The translations under genes and the position numbers were made by a program. Under the pieces are notes generated by a model, which saw nothing but the letters and a program-made list of their open reading frames with translations, did not search any database and was not told the DNA's origin. Shown here piece after piece: positions 31,339 to 41,746 of a stretch of DNA of 64,000 bases; within the stretch, counting starts at the first letter, position 1, and every line of letters starts with the position of its first letter. Origin of the DNA: Cenococcum geophilum (Eukaryota); contig CP158636.1 of NCBI GenBank assembly GCA_050273025.1, forward strand, positions 11,470,001 through 11,534,000, written 5' to 3'.

Positions 31339-34300
31339 TTATTCAAATTTTGGCAATTTTTTTCTCAGACGCCCAACTGACTTCCGTAATTTCCACAACC
31401 TCTGATAGTATGCAGTCAAGGCTGGGAAATCTTTCTGGGTCCACTCCTCCCAGTTCTCAATAATCTCATCCAATACGGGCCAAATTGCGCAGTCAGCGAT
31501 GGAAAACCTTGACCCTGCGGTAAACTTTTCACCGTGGCGCCCCTGTCTCTCCTCCAGTGTTTCTAATGTGCTGACAAAGTCTTCGAGAGAAGTCGAAACA
31601 TCTCGATTCTTCCACTGTTTTTGCAACTCCAACACCATTTGAATCACCTCATAAGCGTACACAGTGACCTGTTTACCGTGGTCATCTCTGTCTATATGAT
31701 GGTACCTGTCTAGATATAGCAGAATTGGGACCGCTGACACAACCTCGGTATGGTTGATGTCGGCATCTCGATAGCAGACTTTACGGTCACGTTCGTACTC
31801 CTTGTCAAGCGCAGGAGGTTCACTAACAATGTGAGCAAGTCCTAGTTCTGCCAAACAGATGGTAACTTGTCGATTCTCAATGGTATCGTTCGAGGCAAAC
31901 AGAATTGGATGATCTAATGGTGGTGCTCGAAAGTGAAGAACATCAAAACCAGCGCCGTATATCGCCGTCCAGTCAAATTCCGTGCTGCGATTTTCTTTTC
32001 CAAATGCGTGGATCATCTCCTCCGTCTTTTCTTCATCATCATTGATTACGTCTTTCGCGTTGGTTCGGTCTTTGGAAGTAGCGCCCTGACCCCAGATGAG
32101 GCGAGAGTCATTATCTAGGAAAGTGCCAATACTACGAAATGTGAGAGATATACGCATTCCAGAGAATGCCTTTTCTGCTTCTGATCGCTCTGTCGCTAAA
32201 CGTTTATCGGCATTAATGCCATGCAACCAGCGCATGTTTGAGTCCTCTCCCAGTACAAACATGGAATTGTGCGGCATTGCGACGCGCTGAGTGTTACGTC
32301 CGGGGCTAGCTTCATTAGAGGCTTGCTCAGACTTGGCAGACTTCTTGGTTCGGAGTCGCATGGTTCTTTCAGCCCCAAAACTGACGTTAATAATATTTGA
32401 ACCGCGAATGATATCCAAAGTTTTATCCGAATGTTCGGAAATATAGTCCTGCCCAGATCGGTAAAGCTGAATTAGAACATGGTTGACAGGATGCTTTATG
32501 ATCTTTTGTACTTGTTCGCGAATCAACTGCACTGTTGAAGAAAAATGTAAGAGGGGCAGTGACTGGTCAGATGGATGGCGATACACTGGCATAGAACCGT
32601 CGGGGCCAAATTCGCCTTGCACGCAAACAAGGCGCGGAACTTCTCCCTGCACATGGTACATCTTCTGCCATCGTACCTCATTATATAGTTGATGGAAAAT
32701 AATGTCCTTTAGAGGCTTCTTGGACGACTTCGGATGGCACAGAGTCTGCGGGAAGAAATCATAAATAATCCGCGAGTCCCCTTCGGCAATACTATCACCC
32801 GGTCTCATTATTGGAAACGTTGCCAGCGATTGGGCCTTTTTCCCCATTTTTTGGTGAGCACTGGAAGGATTAGGGTTCTCAGGGGATACCTTCTCGGGTT
32901 GTGATTTTGAAATTGTGGATGAGTCAATCTTAACTGGACGGCCTAGTGAGAGTCGAAGCTTCGAATCTTTGTCTTTCGAGCTCGAGCTTGTTGTACTTAA
33001 TGATGGCTGAGATATGGATGACTTTAGTCGTTGCTCGCGCTTTGGTGGGGTTTCCTTTAGTTTATCACTGCTTCCGGCCTTCGTAATTGTGGTCGGGCGT
33101 GCAGGTGGCTCGTACAGCTGAGCAGGCTCCTTAGAGTGATTGGCGGACTTCTCCGATGTCTCTATCGGCGCTTTCTGACTTGACTCAGCTTTCCTGCTTG
33201 ACTCCACTTTAGTCTTGTCATCCCTTTTTTTTTCCTTGTCGCCTCTCGATCTCATGCGAATTTTTGACTTGACTAAATTCTGCTTGGTTTCAGGTGCTTG
33301 CTGCGACTTTCTAGAGATAGGACGTGTTAATGCGGGCTGCGGTTCTGGGTCCTGTAATCCGGACGCTCCCCGGCTGAGTTTCTCTGCAAATTGCTCATCG
33401 CTGAGATTCGTATTTGCTGGGTCTCTCGCTTCGCTGCTCTCGGCTACACTTGCATCTGAAAATGTCCTGATTCTACCATTCAAGGCTATGGACGGAGGTT
33501 CAGCCACTGTGGGTCTTATTATTTCTTCTTCTTTAGGTTTCAGATCATCGTCTAATCGCAACTTGTCAACCAAATTGCTAAGATCATCGGTATCCTTTGA
33601 ACCTTCAGACGGATTTGCGGTTGTTTCCGGCGTTTTCGAGAGGTCATTTGCGAGGTCTATGCTACTGAAAACGTGAGCCCCCATGAGCTCAGTCATCTTC
33701 TTTAGCGCTTCCTCGTGACGCACTTGTTTGCGATAACCCAAGCAGTCTTCGATGAGATTGATAGTAAGGCCATGGCGCACAGCATCCAGAGCAGTGGCAA
33801 AAATGGAGATGTTGGTGATGCATCCGCAAATATAGAGTTCAGTAACCAACTTGGCCCGTAGTGTTACCAAGAGCGATGTTGAATTAAAGGCAGAATAGTG
33901 CGATGTTACAACCACAGTATCCGTAGACGTATCTATGCTTGATGTGATGCCCTCGGCGAATTCGGCTCCTGACGAGTTTCGTGAACAGCTTGGCCCCTTT
34001 TTAGATGCCTTGGACAGAAACAACTCATCTTCTTCGGCTGGAGAAGGCGAAGCTGCGCGGGCCACGATGCGCTTCCTTGTTGAGACCCGCTTGAGTAGTT
34101 CCAGGGCACGTTGTTTATGGCGTTGTGATCTTGATGAAGATGCGCGGGGCATTAGGTCTTTGACTGCCAATTCTTCACCACTATCATCTGTGCTGCTGTC
34201 AAGCCCATCAACTGGCTCCAAAAGGACGGTGTCTCCATCGCCGGAAGGATCATTTACCGTCCATTCTTCTTCGAAAACGGTTCGGACCCAGATGACATCT

Positions 34301-34482
34301 CCAGCGTTGTCTCGAAATCTAGGGACGAAAGCCTTGATTCGATCGATGAAGCCGAACGGTGTCTCGACCGGAAGCTTGCCGTCGGGCCGGAGAAAGTCAT
34401 TCTGCAATCCAAGAACAAGTAAAGCCTGGTGGGTCTGAAACTGCGGTTGCTTCTCCTTGAGAAGATCTAGAAAAGATGTCAT
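31339..34482 (-). CDS. Isochorismatase-like + 2OG-Fe(II) AlkB-like dioxygenase + GST C-terminal-like multidomain protein
   Basis: N-term ALLVLGLQNDF...YSAF...GCITNIS..TALDA; middle NHVLIQLYRSGQDYISEHSDKTLD, WLHGI, RISLTFR; C-term FTAGSRFSIADCAIWP..FPALTAYYQRL. Confidence 0.87.
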   Translation of the reverse strand: MTSFLDLLKEKQPQFQTHQALLVLGLQNDFLRPDGKLPVETPFGFIDRIKAFVPRFRDNAGDVIWVRTVFEEEWTVNDPSGDGDTVLLEPVDGLDSSTDDSGEELAVKDLMPRASSSRSQRHKQRALELLKRVSTRKRIVARAASPSPAEEDELFLSKASKKGPSCSRNSSGAEFAEGITSSIDTSTDTVVVTSHYSAFNSTSLLVTLRAKLVTELYICGCITNISIFATALDAVRHGLTINLIEDCLGYRKQVRHEEALKKMTELMGAHVFSSIDLANDLSKTPETTANPSEGSKDTDDLSNLVDKLRLDDDLKPKEEEIIRPTVAEPPSIALNGRIRTFSDASVAESSEARDPANTNLSDEQFAEKLSRGASGLQDPEPQPALTRPISRKSQQAPETKQNLVKSKIRMRSRGDKEKKRDDKTKVESSRKAESSQKAPIETSEKSANHSKEPAQLYEPPARPTTITKAGSSDKLKETPPKREQRLKSSISQPSLSTTSSSSKDKDSKLRLSLGRPVKIDSSTISKSQPEKVSPENPNPSSAHQKMGKKAQSLATFPIMRPGDSIAEGDSRIIYDFFPQTLCHPKSSKKPLKDIIFHQLYNEVRWQKMYHVQGEVPRLVCVQGEFGPDGSMPVYRHPSDQSLPLLHFSSTVQLIREQVQKIIKHPVNHVLIQLYRSGQDYISEHSDKTLDIIRGSNIINVSFGAERTMRLRTKKSAKSEQASNEASPGRNTQRVAMPHNSMFVLGEDSNMRWLHGINADKRLATERSEAEKAFSGMRISLTFRSIGTFLDNDSRLIWGQGATSKDRTNAKDVINDDEEKTEEMIHAFGKENRSTEFDWTAIYGAGFDVLHFRAPPLDHPILFASNDTIENRQVTICLAELGLAHIVSEPPALDKEYERDRKVCYRDADINHTEVVSAVPILLYLDRYHHIDRDDHGKQVTVYAYEVIQMVLELQKQWKNRDVSTSLEDFVSTLETLEERQGRHGEKFTAGSRFSIADCAIWPVLDEIIENWEEWTQKDFPALTAYYQRLWKLRKSVGRLRKKLPKFE

Positions 34483-35039
34483 GGCTTTTTATTGAGATTG
34501 AGCAGCTAGAAAGAAGGACGGATTGTCAGACATGTGCACACGCAAGAAACTAGCGAAATTTGAAGTGTATTTTCTCCCTCAGTGGCCAAGCATTACGGTC
34601 TAGATTGTCAAAAATCTTGAGAGGCAAAAAACGCCAACTCAGAGCGCGATGAAATGGGAGGCGTAAAGTTGGTGTAAAAAACGGTGGATACGCATTATCA
34701 GATGTTGGGTAGTAGTTACACTTACAAATCATGGAGGTGTGTAGGATGTAGGAAGCCAAGTAGAGCAATCAATCAAGGTGGCATAGTCGCGCAGCGGCAG
34801 CGGCTGCAGGGCTGGCTTGATCCATACACAACGAAGGTCGACTTACGCAGGCCGGCGAATGCAAGGCCGTGTTAGTCTCAGGCATGGGCTATGGACAATG
34901 GTGGGGAGAGGAAGAGAATGCCTAGGTTGGTGGGTGGGAGCCCTTGAGGATGCCAATAGTGCGCGGAGAGTAGTGAACCCATCTACTCGGGTGGCGAGCC
35001 ACGAGAGCAGGGGCGCGGGTTGTGGAGCAGAGGGCGGGA

Positions 35040-35120
35040 TAAGACCGATGAGACCGAGAACACTGAGAACACTGAAAACGCTGAGAACAATGGGACCGCT
35101 GAGACCGCTGGGTGCACTGC
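35040..35120. repeat. Degenerate 9-bp tandem repeat (GAGAMCRCT-like, ~8 units)
   Basis: GAGACCGA-GAACACT-GAGAACACT-GAAAACGCT-GAGAACAAT-GGGACCGCT-GAGACCGCT. Confidence 0.6.
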
Positions 35121-35620
35121 TATATCTTAAGCGACACCTGCAGGGGATGATGCTCGCCCGTTTCAAGCAATATCGTGTCCGAACCGGGATCCTTCGGGCC
35201 TGTGCCGGCAGAGTGAGGGCCAGCAAAGGTCAGCGGAAACCAGCCCGCCCAGCTTAGCCCAGCTTACGCCTGCACTGCCGGCCAGTAAATACGCCTGCTA
35301 CTACGGAGAAATTGCCAAACGGTTATGACCTGCATCCATAGCAAGTCACCAGTCAACTTAAACGCCCTTTTACCGCTCGCATCGCGAATCATTCCTTTCC
35401 CAGTCCCGCCAGGAACACCGTCACTCTCGTGCATATTACGCTGCACTCATACGCCAGAACTCCCACCTACCCGTACATCCCCGTTAAACACCACTTGGCC
35501 CACACACACAACCGTACCGAGCCCCGGAATTCGACGCGCGGTCTCACTCAAATCACGGCCACATGATCCTACCCACTCGCCCTCTCCGAACCCAGACGTC
35601 TGGTCGATATGTATATCCCA

Positions 35621-37064
35621 TCACCTGCTGAAGAATGCCGTAATTTTCTGGCTCCCATCGCTCGCCTTGTTGGGACTGCTTTTCGTTGCAGTACCATTGG
35701 TCGTGGAACTCCTGGTCTTCCTTGTCGCCTTTGAAGAAAACTTCTTCGGAGATTGGCTGGAATTGTTGACAGGCGCTGCGGAGATCCTCCGCTTCTGTTG
35801 GGGAGTACCGTCCGCCGTGCCACCATTATCGTCGGCCTCATTACGCTCCCGTTTGATGCCTTTTTGACTTTCGGCCCTGGTTGGAGTAGGCAATGGAGCA
35901 TTGTCTTCGGTACCCTCCTGCTGGTCCGTAGTATCACGAGTCTCATCCTTATCGTATTCAACCTTGACTCCCTTGATCTTCAAATCATCCTCCATTTTGC
36001 CGGCCTGTTTTTCCTCTGCCTTGCCCTCGGCAGCCTTCCTCTGGTTTCCGAAAAAGTTTGCAATATTACTCTTATTTTCGGTACTATTGACTGGCACCAC
36101 AAATGACGGTGAATTATTTCCGACCTTTCCGACCTCCTTGCTGACAGGAAAGCACTCCAGCTCACCATCGTACGGTTTCAGTAGTGACTGGAGTTCCTTG
36201 CTCCATTCTGTGCGTTTCGGGTCCAGCCAGGTCTTTATTGCGTCAGAGCCGTTGTTAAGTATCACGGGCATACGGTCGTGCAGAAAGTTTAGCTGCTTAT
36301 TCGAGTTAGTGGTGATGATGGTATATGTGTAAAGCTTCTCCTGTGTATCTGGAACATTCTTAGTAGTCTGTACTTGCCAGAGACATAATATGACCCACCC
36401 TCAAACTTAACACAATCCCACAATCCCGCAAAGCACATCAACTGGCCGTCTTTCCGCTTGACGAAGTGTGGGATCTTCTCCTTGCTGTTACTCTTCTTCA
36501 GCCATTCATAGAATCCTTGGGCTACCACAATACATCGCTTCTTCTTTTTCATGCTTACCCACATGCCGCGATTCTCAATTAAAGAATCGTCGCGACAGTT
36601 GATCGTCTTAAGCATTGAACCATAATCCGGGTTGCGTTTCGTCCAAAATGGAATCAAGCCTACCGCACGACGCGTAAATAAATTACCCACCAAGCTTCTT
36701 GCAAAGATGCTTACCCCATTTCATGGCCTGCAGCCTGTATCTTGTCTCATGTGTCTCCTGCTCGTGAGCGATTTGAGCCCCCTTCCCACCATCTGCCTGG
36801 GCGCTCTCTGCATTCTCGCCCTCCTTCTCACCATTATCCCCATCTCCACCATAGTCCGGCCCATCGGCTCTGTACACTAGGCCGTGGTAACCTGGGGCGA
36901 AATTGTAGCTTTGCCGAAGTTCATCATCCTCTGGAGCTTCCTCGGCGGGCATACGAGCCTCCTCGAGCCGGCGACGAACTTCAGAGGGTCTCTAGGTGTA
37001 CTATTAGCTTTAATCGTGAATTCGAGGTTGCACTTACTAAAGCCAATACATATCGTCCACACAT
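35621..37064 (-). CDS. SRAP-domain abasic-site protein (HMCES/YedK family), 4 exons
   Basis: Starts MCGRYVLAL (catalytic Cys2); SYNFAPG, MKWGLIPFW, TINCRDD, RCIVVAQGFYEW, FAGLWD, FLHDRMPVIL. Confidence 0.92.
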
Positions 37065-37294
37065 GATGGCATACTCTTTAGCACAGTCGCTGTGTTAAGA
37101 GTTACGTTTGGTTATAGCTGCCTCCAAGCTGTTGGCCGCTGGCGAAACGTCATTTGGAGAGGCGAGACTCAGCCCTAAATATCGATCTGCAACCTCCGAC
37201 GAATCTTTACCCCGAGGCATCAGAAGCCCTCAGAGAAGCTGGTTATACATCAGTTCTTGATACCCTTGAATCGATCAAGCCTCCTACTCTTGCT

Positions 37295-38794
37295 ATGTTC
37301 TCCCGAACATTCCCACGTGTTGGCAATCGAATATCACGCCTCATTCAAGCTCAACACCATCCGCAAATACAAACATTCGCGAAACTGCCGTTACGAGCGC
37401 GCATACCAGTACAGCAATGCACAAAAAAGCGAGAAGGCTCAACATTAGCTTCTGCAAAAAAGCTCTACCAGGAGAATCCCTTCGCTTTCCCTCTAGCCGT
37501 GGCCTGGTATTAAACCCCACCCCCAGCTACGACCACCCCACCACATTAAACAGACCAATTGACGTCTTACCAGCATCCTAGTGGGCATGGGTGGCTTCCT
37601 GTATCTCCCTTACTACTACCAAACCTATATAGTAGCACCGTACCACAACTTCCCAGAACCCGTAGCGAAGAAACTGCGGCGCGCGATATTCTATAGCTCG
37701 GGCCGCAACATGGATGTGCGAGAAGCAAACAAATACTTTCGACAGGGCCTGCAAATTGCGGATGAGATGGGAATGGATCCATTTAGTGATGAGATAATTG
37801 GTGTCAAAATCTCGATTGCTGCGATGTTTGAGAGAGCGCAGCATTACAAGGTGGCTATCGATGTTCTAGAAATTATACGTCGAGACTGCTTCAGGTGGGT
37901 GGAGGAGCTAGGTGACAAGCATTGGAACGATGGAAAGAGAACCAGAGTGCTGGCTAAGACGGTAGCGCTAAATGTCAAGTTGGGAGAGCTGTATGGAAAC
38001 CAGTATGTCGCAAATAGAGACGCTGCAGAGGAACGGTTAGTGGAGGCAGTTGAGACAGTCTTGAAGGAGAAACAGAGGAGAGAGCAGGACGGTGTTCAGC
38101 CAGGCGAAGGCGATTGGCTATCGGATGAAGAAGCAGGAGCGTCGCTGGAATGTATGTTGTCTTTTATTTTGTTCTATACACCACCACTTCACCGTATATC
38201 CTCGTTCGACCAGGGTCATGGAGTACAACAACTAACCATACTTCAGCTCTTGGACATCACTACGAAGAAAAGAATCTACACTACCTCGCGACACCACTGT
38301 TCTTACAAGCGCTCTCTTTGTGCCCACCAAAGTCTTGTCACTCCGTTATACTAAGTAAGTTTTCCCATGGTCTCAAATCGCTTCTATCTCCCGTCTATTC
38401 TAACCACCCAATCCCAGTGAACAACCTCTCCATATCCCTAGCTCAACAAAAGCCACCTCCACTATCATCTTCTCCTCCCACGCCTTCTTCTTTTCCCAAT
38501 ACACCCTCTCCATCCCCGGGTATCCTCACCGACCAAGCCCGCCAGTGGGCATCGAAAGCTCTCACTCTTGCCGCATCGATCGCTCCACCTAACCGTACAG
38601 AAGAATGTGACGTTGGCTGCGCCGTTGCGACACACAATCTCGGCGAGTTTGCTGAGCTGGACGAGAATATACAGGAAGCACGGCGACGATATGAAGAAGC
38701 CGCCGCTTTAGCAAAAGCTATCGGCTTTCCGGAGGGAGTGGCTAATGCTAAGAAGGGGCTAAAACGGCTAAGTAAAATTGAAAATGGTAGATAG
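37295..38794 (+). CDS. Mitochondrial inner-membrane TPR protein (Mgr3-like), multi-exon
   Basis: Presequence MFSRTFPRV, TM segment, YHNFPEPVAKKLRRA, LATPLFLQAL, ECDVGCAVATHNLGE; introns at ~37508, ~38152 and ~38354. Confidence 0.75.
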
Positions 38795-40210
38795 GGAAAA
38801 TATAAGGCGGGGCCAGATATTGTATCATACAGCAAATGTATAGTATGGCACAGATAGGCCAGCCTCACGATTTGTCACATGAGATTATCTCTCACCCGCA
38901 GGAGCCAAGGACACCCTACCCCTTTTATCGATATTCCTTGAAACATATAGTTCTCCAACTAACGTGTTACAAGCACGATCGAAGCTTCCCTTGCCAATAA
39001 TCGATTTTTTGTGCAATCTACTCCATCATGCCCTAATATTCGCCATTCAGTGGTATTGAATCACCGAGCTCGCCTCCTTATCTCTCTTCTTTGATCTCCC
39101 ATGATTCATTTCCATTTATTTACTTCCACATAATATTCTTCTAAATCACTCATCGCAGAAATTACATATTTCTCGTAGTGCTTTTCAAAACAATGCCCTA
39201 TCCGCAGCTCAACATATAACAGCGCGCATATTCACCTTAGCACGCGTCGCAATTTTGGCACATCGTTACCTATATCCTTGCCGCCAAGGCTGGCTGCAAT
39301 TATAGCATCATCCTCTTTCATGAATATCTCCTCTAAAGGACTTTGCTCTCAGATGATATGATGTATAAGAGATAAATGGCGGGGATGATAAAAACATTGC
39401 TCGGCCAACTGGTCCCAGTCCAGTAGCCCAGAGACGTCTGATCACAACATCACCAAGTATGAAGACGGTCATGCGTCGTTGATAAACCGCTCCCGACACA
39501 TTGCACAGGCATCATATAAAATCGAGCGCCTGACAAGCAGCCCATAGCACTACCAAGTCGTCTCCAGAGGAACACTCGTGTTCGTCAGCGCAACACTCTC
39601 TTTTCCCAGAGCACCCATGCGGAACCAGGCTTGCATTACAAAGAGTTTCAGAGGCAGTTAAATGCTCTGCAGGAAAAAGATTAGAATATAATTAAGGCGT
39701 CGTAAAGATGATGTGCAGGCCTTTAGATGCCAAAAATGTGTCAAATGATCGTGACTACCCATGTCAGTTTAGCTTTCCTATATTGGGTATAGATCAGGTG
39801 TGTCTTGGCAGCTGATCTTGACTGTATATATAGAGGCTCAAGAGCCGCTCTCAATGGGACAGAGTTCTCATTCTTGATCTTGATTTTTGACAAAATGCAA
39901 AAATGCGTTTCTTGTGTGTGTTGTGACATACCCTCCACAGTCATCATTTCAGTGCTGCGGATTAAGACTTATCAAGGAAAGCCTCGTTCATTATCGTAAG
40001 CCACAATAACGCTCATCATCGCTTACGAAGGCCACGGATAGTGTCTAAAAATCTGTCCGAGAGCTAGGAGTTGTGCAGCCATAATGACAGGTTCCTAATA
40101 CTCTATAGTCAACTGTTAAAGTAGCCAGGTCCAACTCAATGGAGTACACGCCGGAAATCTTTAATTTTAGATGCAGCAGTAATAACGGAGAAAGTCAAGC
40201 CAGCCGCTGT

Positions 40211-41041
40211 CTAACCATAGTCGTCAAGAACCTCATCTTCATCGTCCTCCCATCCACTATCCTCAATATCATCGTCACTGTCCTCGGGAAACTGAAACTT
40301 CCCTGAATCTATAAAGTTGTTAAGGAAGTGCCTGCTGTTCTCGGGCCGCATGCACTCGGCAATCCGGCGGTGTTTCTCCGGCAACTCCTCAATAGAAGTC
40401 CACCGATAACCCCTCTCCTTCTTCCGGAAGCAGTATAATAGAGTATAACACTCAGCTAGGCTCGCTAGTTCGCATAGCGCGAGCTTACGCTCATACTCGC
40501 GCTGGATATCCGCCATTGTGCGTCCCAGGAACCAGTCTATTATGCTAAGGCGGTTCGGTAGCCGCGGTTTGTGGATACGGAGTACATCAGCGCATGAGTC
40601 GAGTAGCCCTGGCAGCGTCGGTACCGGGATAGAGCTGTGGTCGCACTCTATCGTGGTAGTACGCGCTATATCTGTCGGATCGAACGCGACCAGGTCCTCA
40701 GGGATAACACCAATGCGGAAGTGCTCATACTTTAGTACCGGAATATCTGGAAAGTCGGCAGGACCGCTCGAGTTTGGAAGTCCTAGCTGCGTCGCTGGGG
40801 AGCGCTTGCAGTAGGGAAGGTAGGTAGAGATAGCCTTCACCGCTGCATCTATACGGTCGTTCGGCACTACAAAGTATATACTATGGAGACATGAGGTAGG
40901 AACTCGGAAGGCTGCGGCCCATAAGAAGTCGCCCCAAAGAACGTGGGGGATTTTATGGTGGGAGAGAGCGCGCGAAGGCAGGACGGTGTCCCAGGCGTGC
41001 GAGTGGGCTGCATTTTTGGAGATTGGTCCATGAAATCCCAT
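40211..41041 (-). CDS. Hypothetical protein (~276 aa) with acidic tail
   Basis: Open frame from ATG 41041 (MGFHGPISK); IPHVLWG...VPT...IYFVVP motif. Confidence 0.6.
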   Translation of the reverse strand: MGFHGPISKNAAHSHAWDTVLPSRALSHHKIPHVLWGDFLWAAAFRVPTSCLHSIYFVVPNDRIDAAVKAISTYLPYCKRSPATQLGLPNSSGPADFPDIPVLKYEHFRIGVIPEDLVAFDPTDIARTTTIECDHSSIPVPTLPGLLDSCADVLRIHKPRLPNRLSIIDWFLGRTMADIQREYERKLALCELASLAECYTLLYCFRKKERGYRWTSIEELPEKHRRIAECMRPENSRHFLNNFIDSGKFQFPEDSDDDIEDSGWEDDEDEVLDDYG

Positions 41042-41746
41042 AACGGCTAAGTGTTTATTATCATCGATAAGGTAAGGGCAGGGTAGGGGGATATCAAAGG
41101 TGAAGAAGTGCCATAGAAAAGATTCAGCAGGAACTGGTTGGAGGTTGAAGGTCGAAGGGTAACTATTATGACTCTGCGTTTTTAAAGTCTTTGCCGCCAA
41201 GAAAATTGACTGGAGCCTCCCCACAGCACCGCACACAAACCAGACTTCTTCAAGCATAAACTATTATTGGTGATCTTGATCACCATCTTTAAGCATAAGT
41301 ATCTTCCCTCTAAGGAAATTAATTGTCAACAGAGAGCCTATACTTATGTTAGCATTCTTGATCCTGTCGGTGTAGTAAGATACGCAGGGCCGCACCACCA
41401 CTAATTATTATGCTGTGACATATATATGACTTAAGGAAAGCGGTGTTGTTTGAATGATTAAACATATCACCATTAGTTCGCGCCCATGCCGATATAGTTG
41501 CAACCGTAAAGTTTACAGCGAGATAAACCAAATATTATGCTAAACTATGAGAAAATCTGAAAACAGCCAAACACTCTAATCGATGAAACCAGTAAGGTGA
41601 ATGAGTATAGATGCGCTAGATAGAATATGAGAAGATAAAGCGGGAAACGGCAATGCATCTTCATATCATCCCATGCTTACCTCACCTCTACGCTCATGTC
41701 CCTGCGCTCAAACCTGCCTATACACCCCGGCCCAGCATACCGCCGC

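Noticed and set aside
38900..39600. Kinase/APH-like relic (GLLDWDQ) on the minus strand
   Set aside because: Single short motif among many stops.
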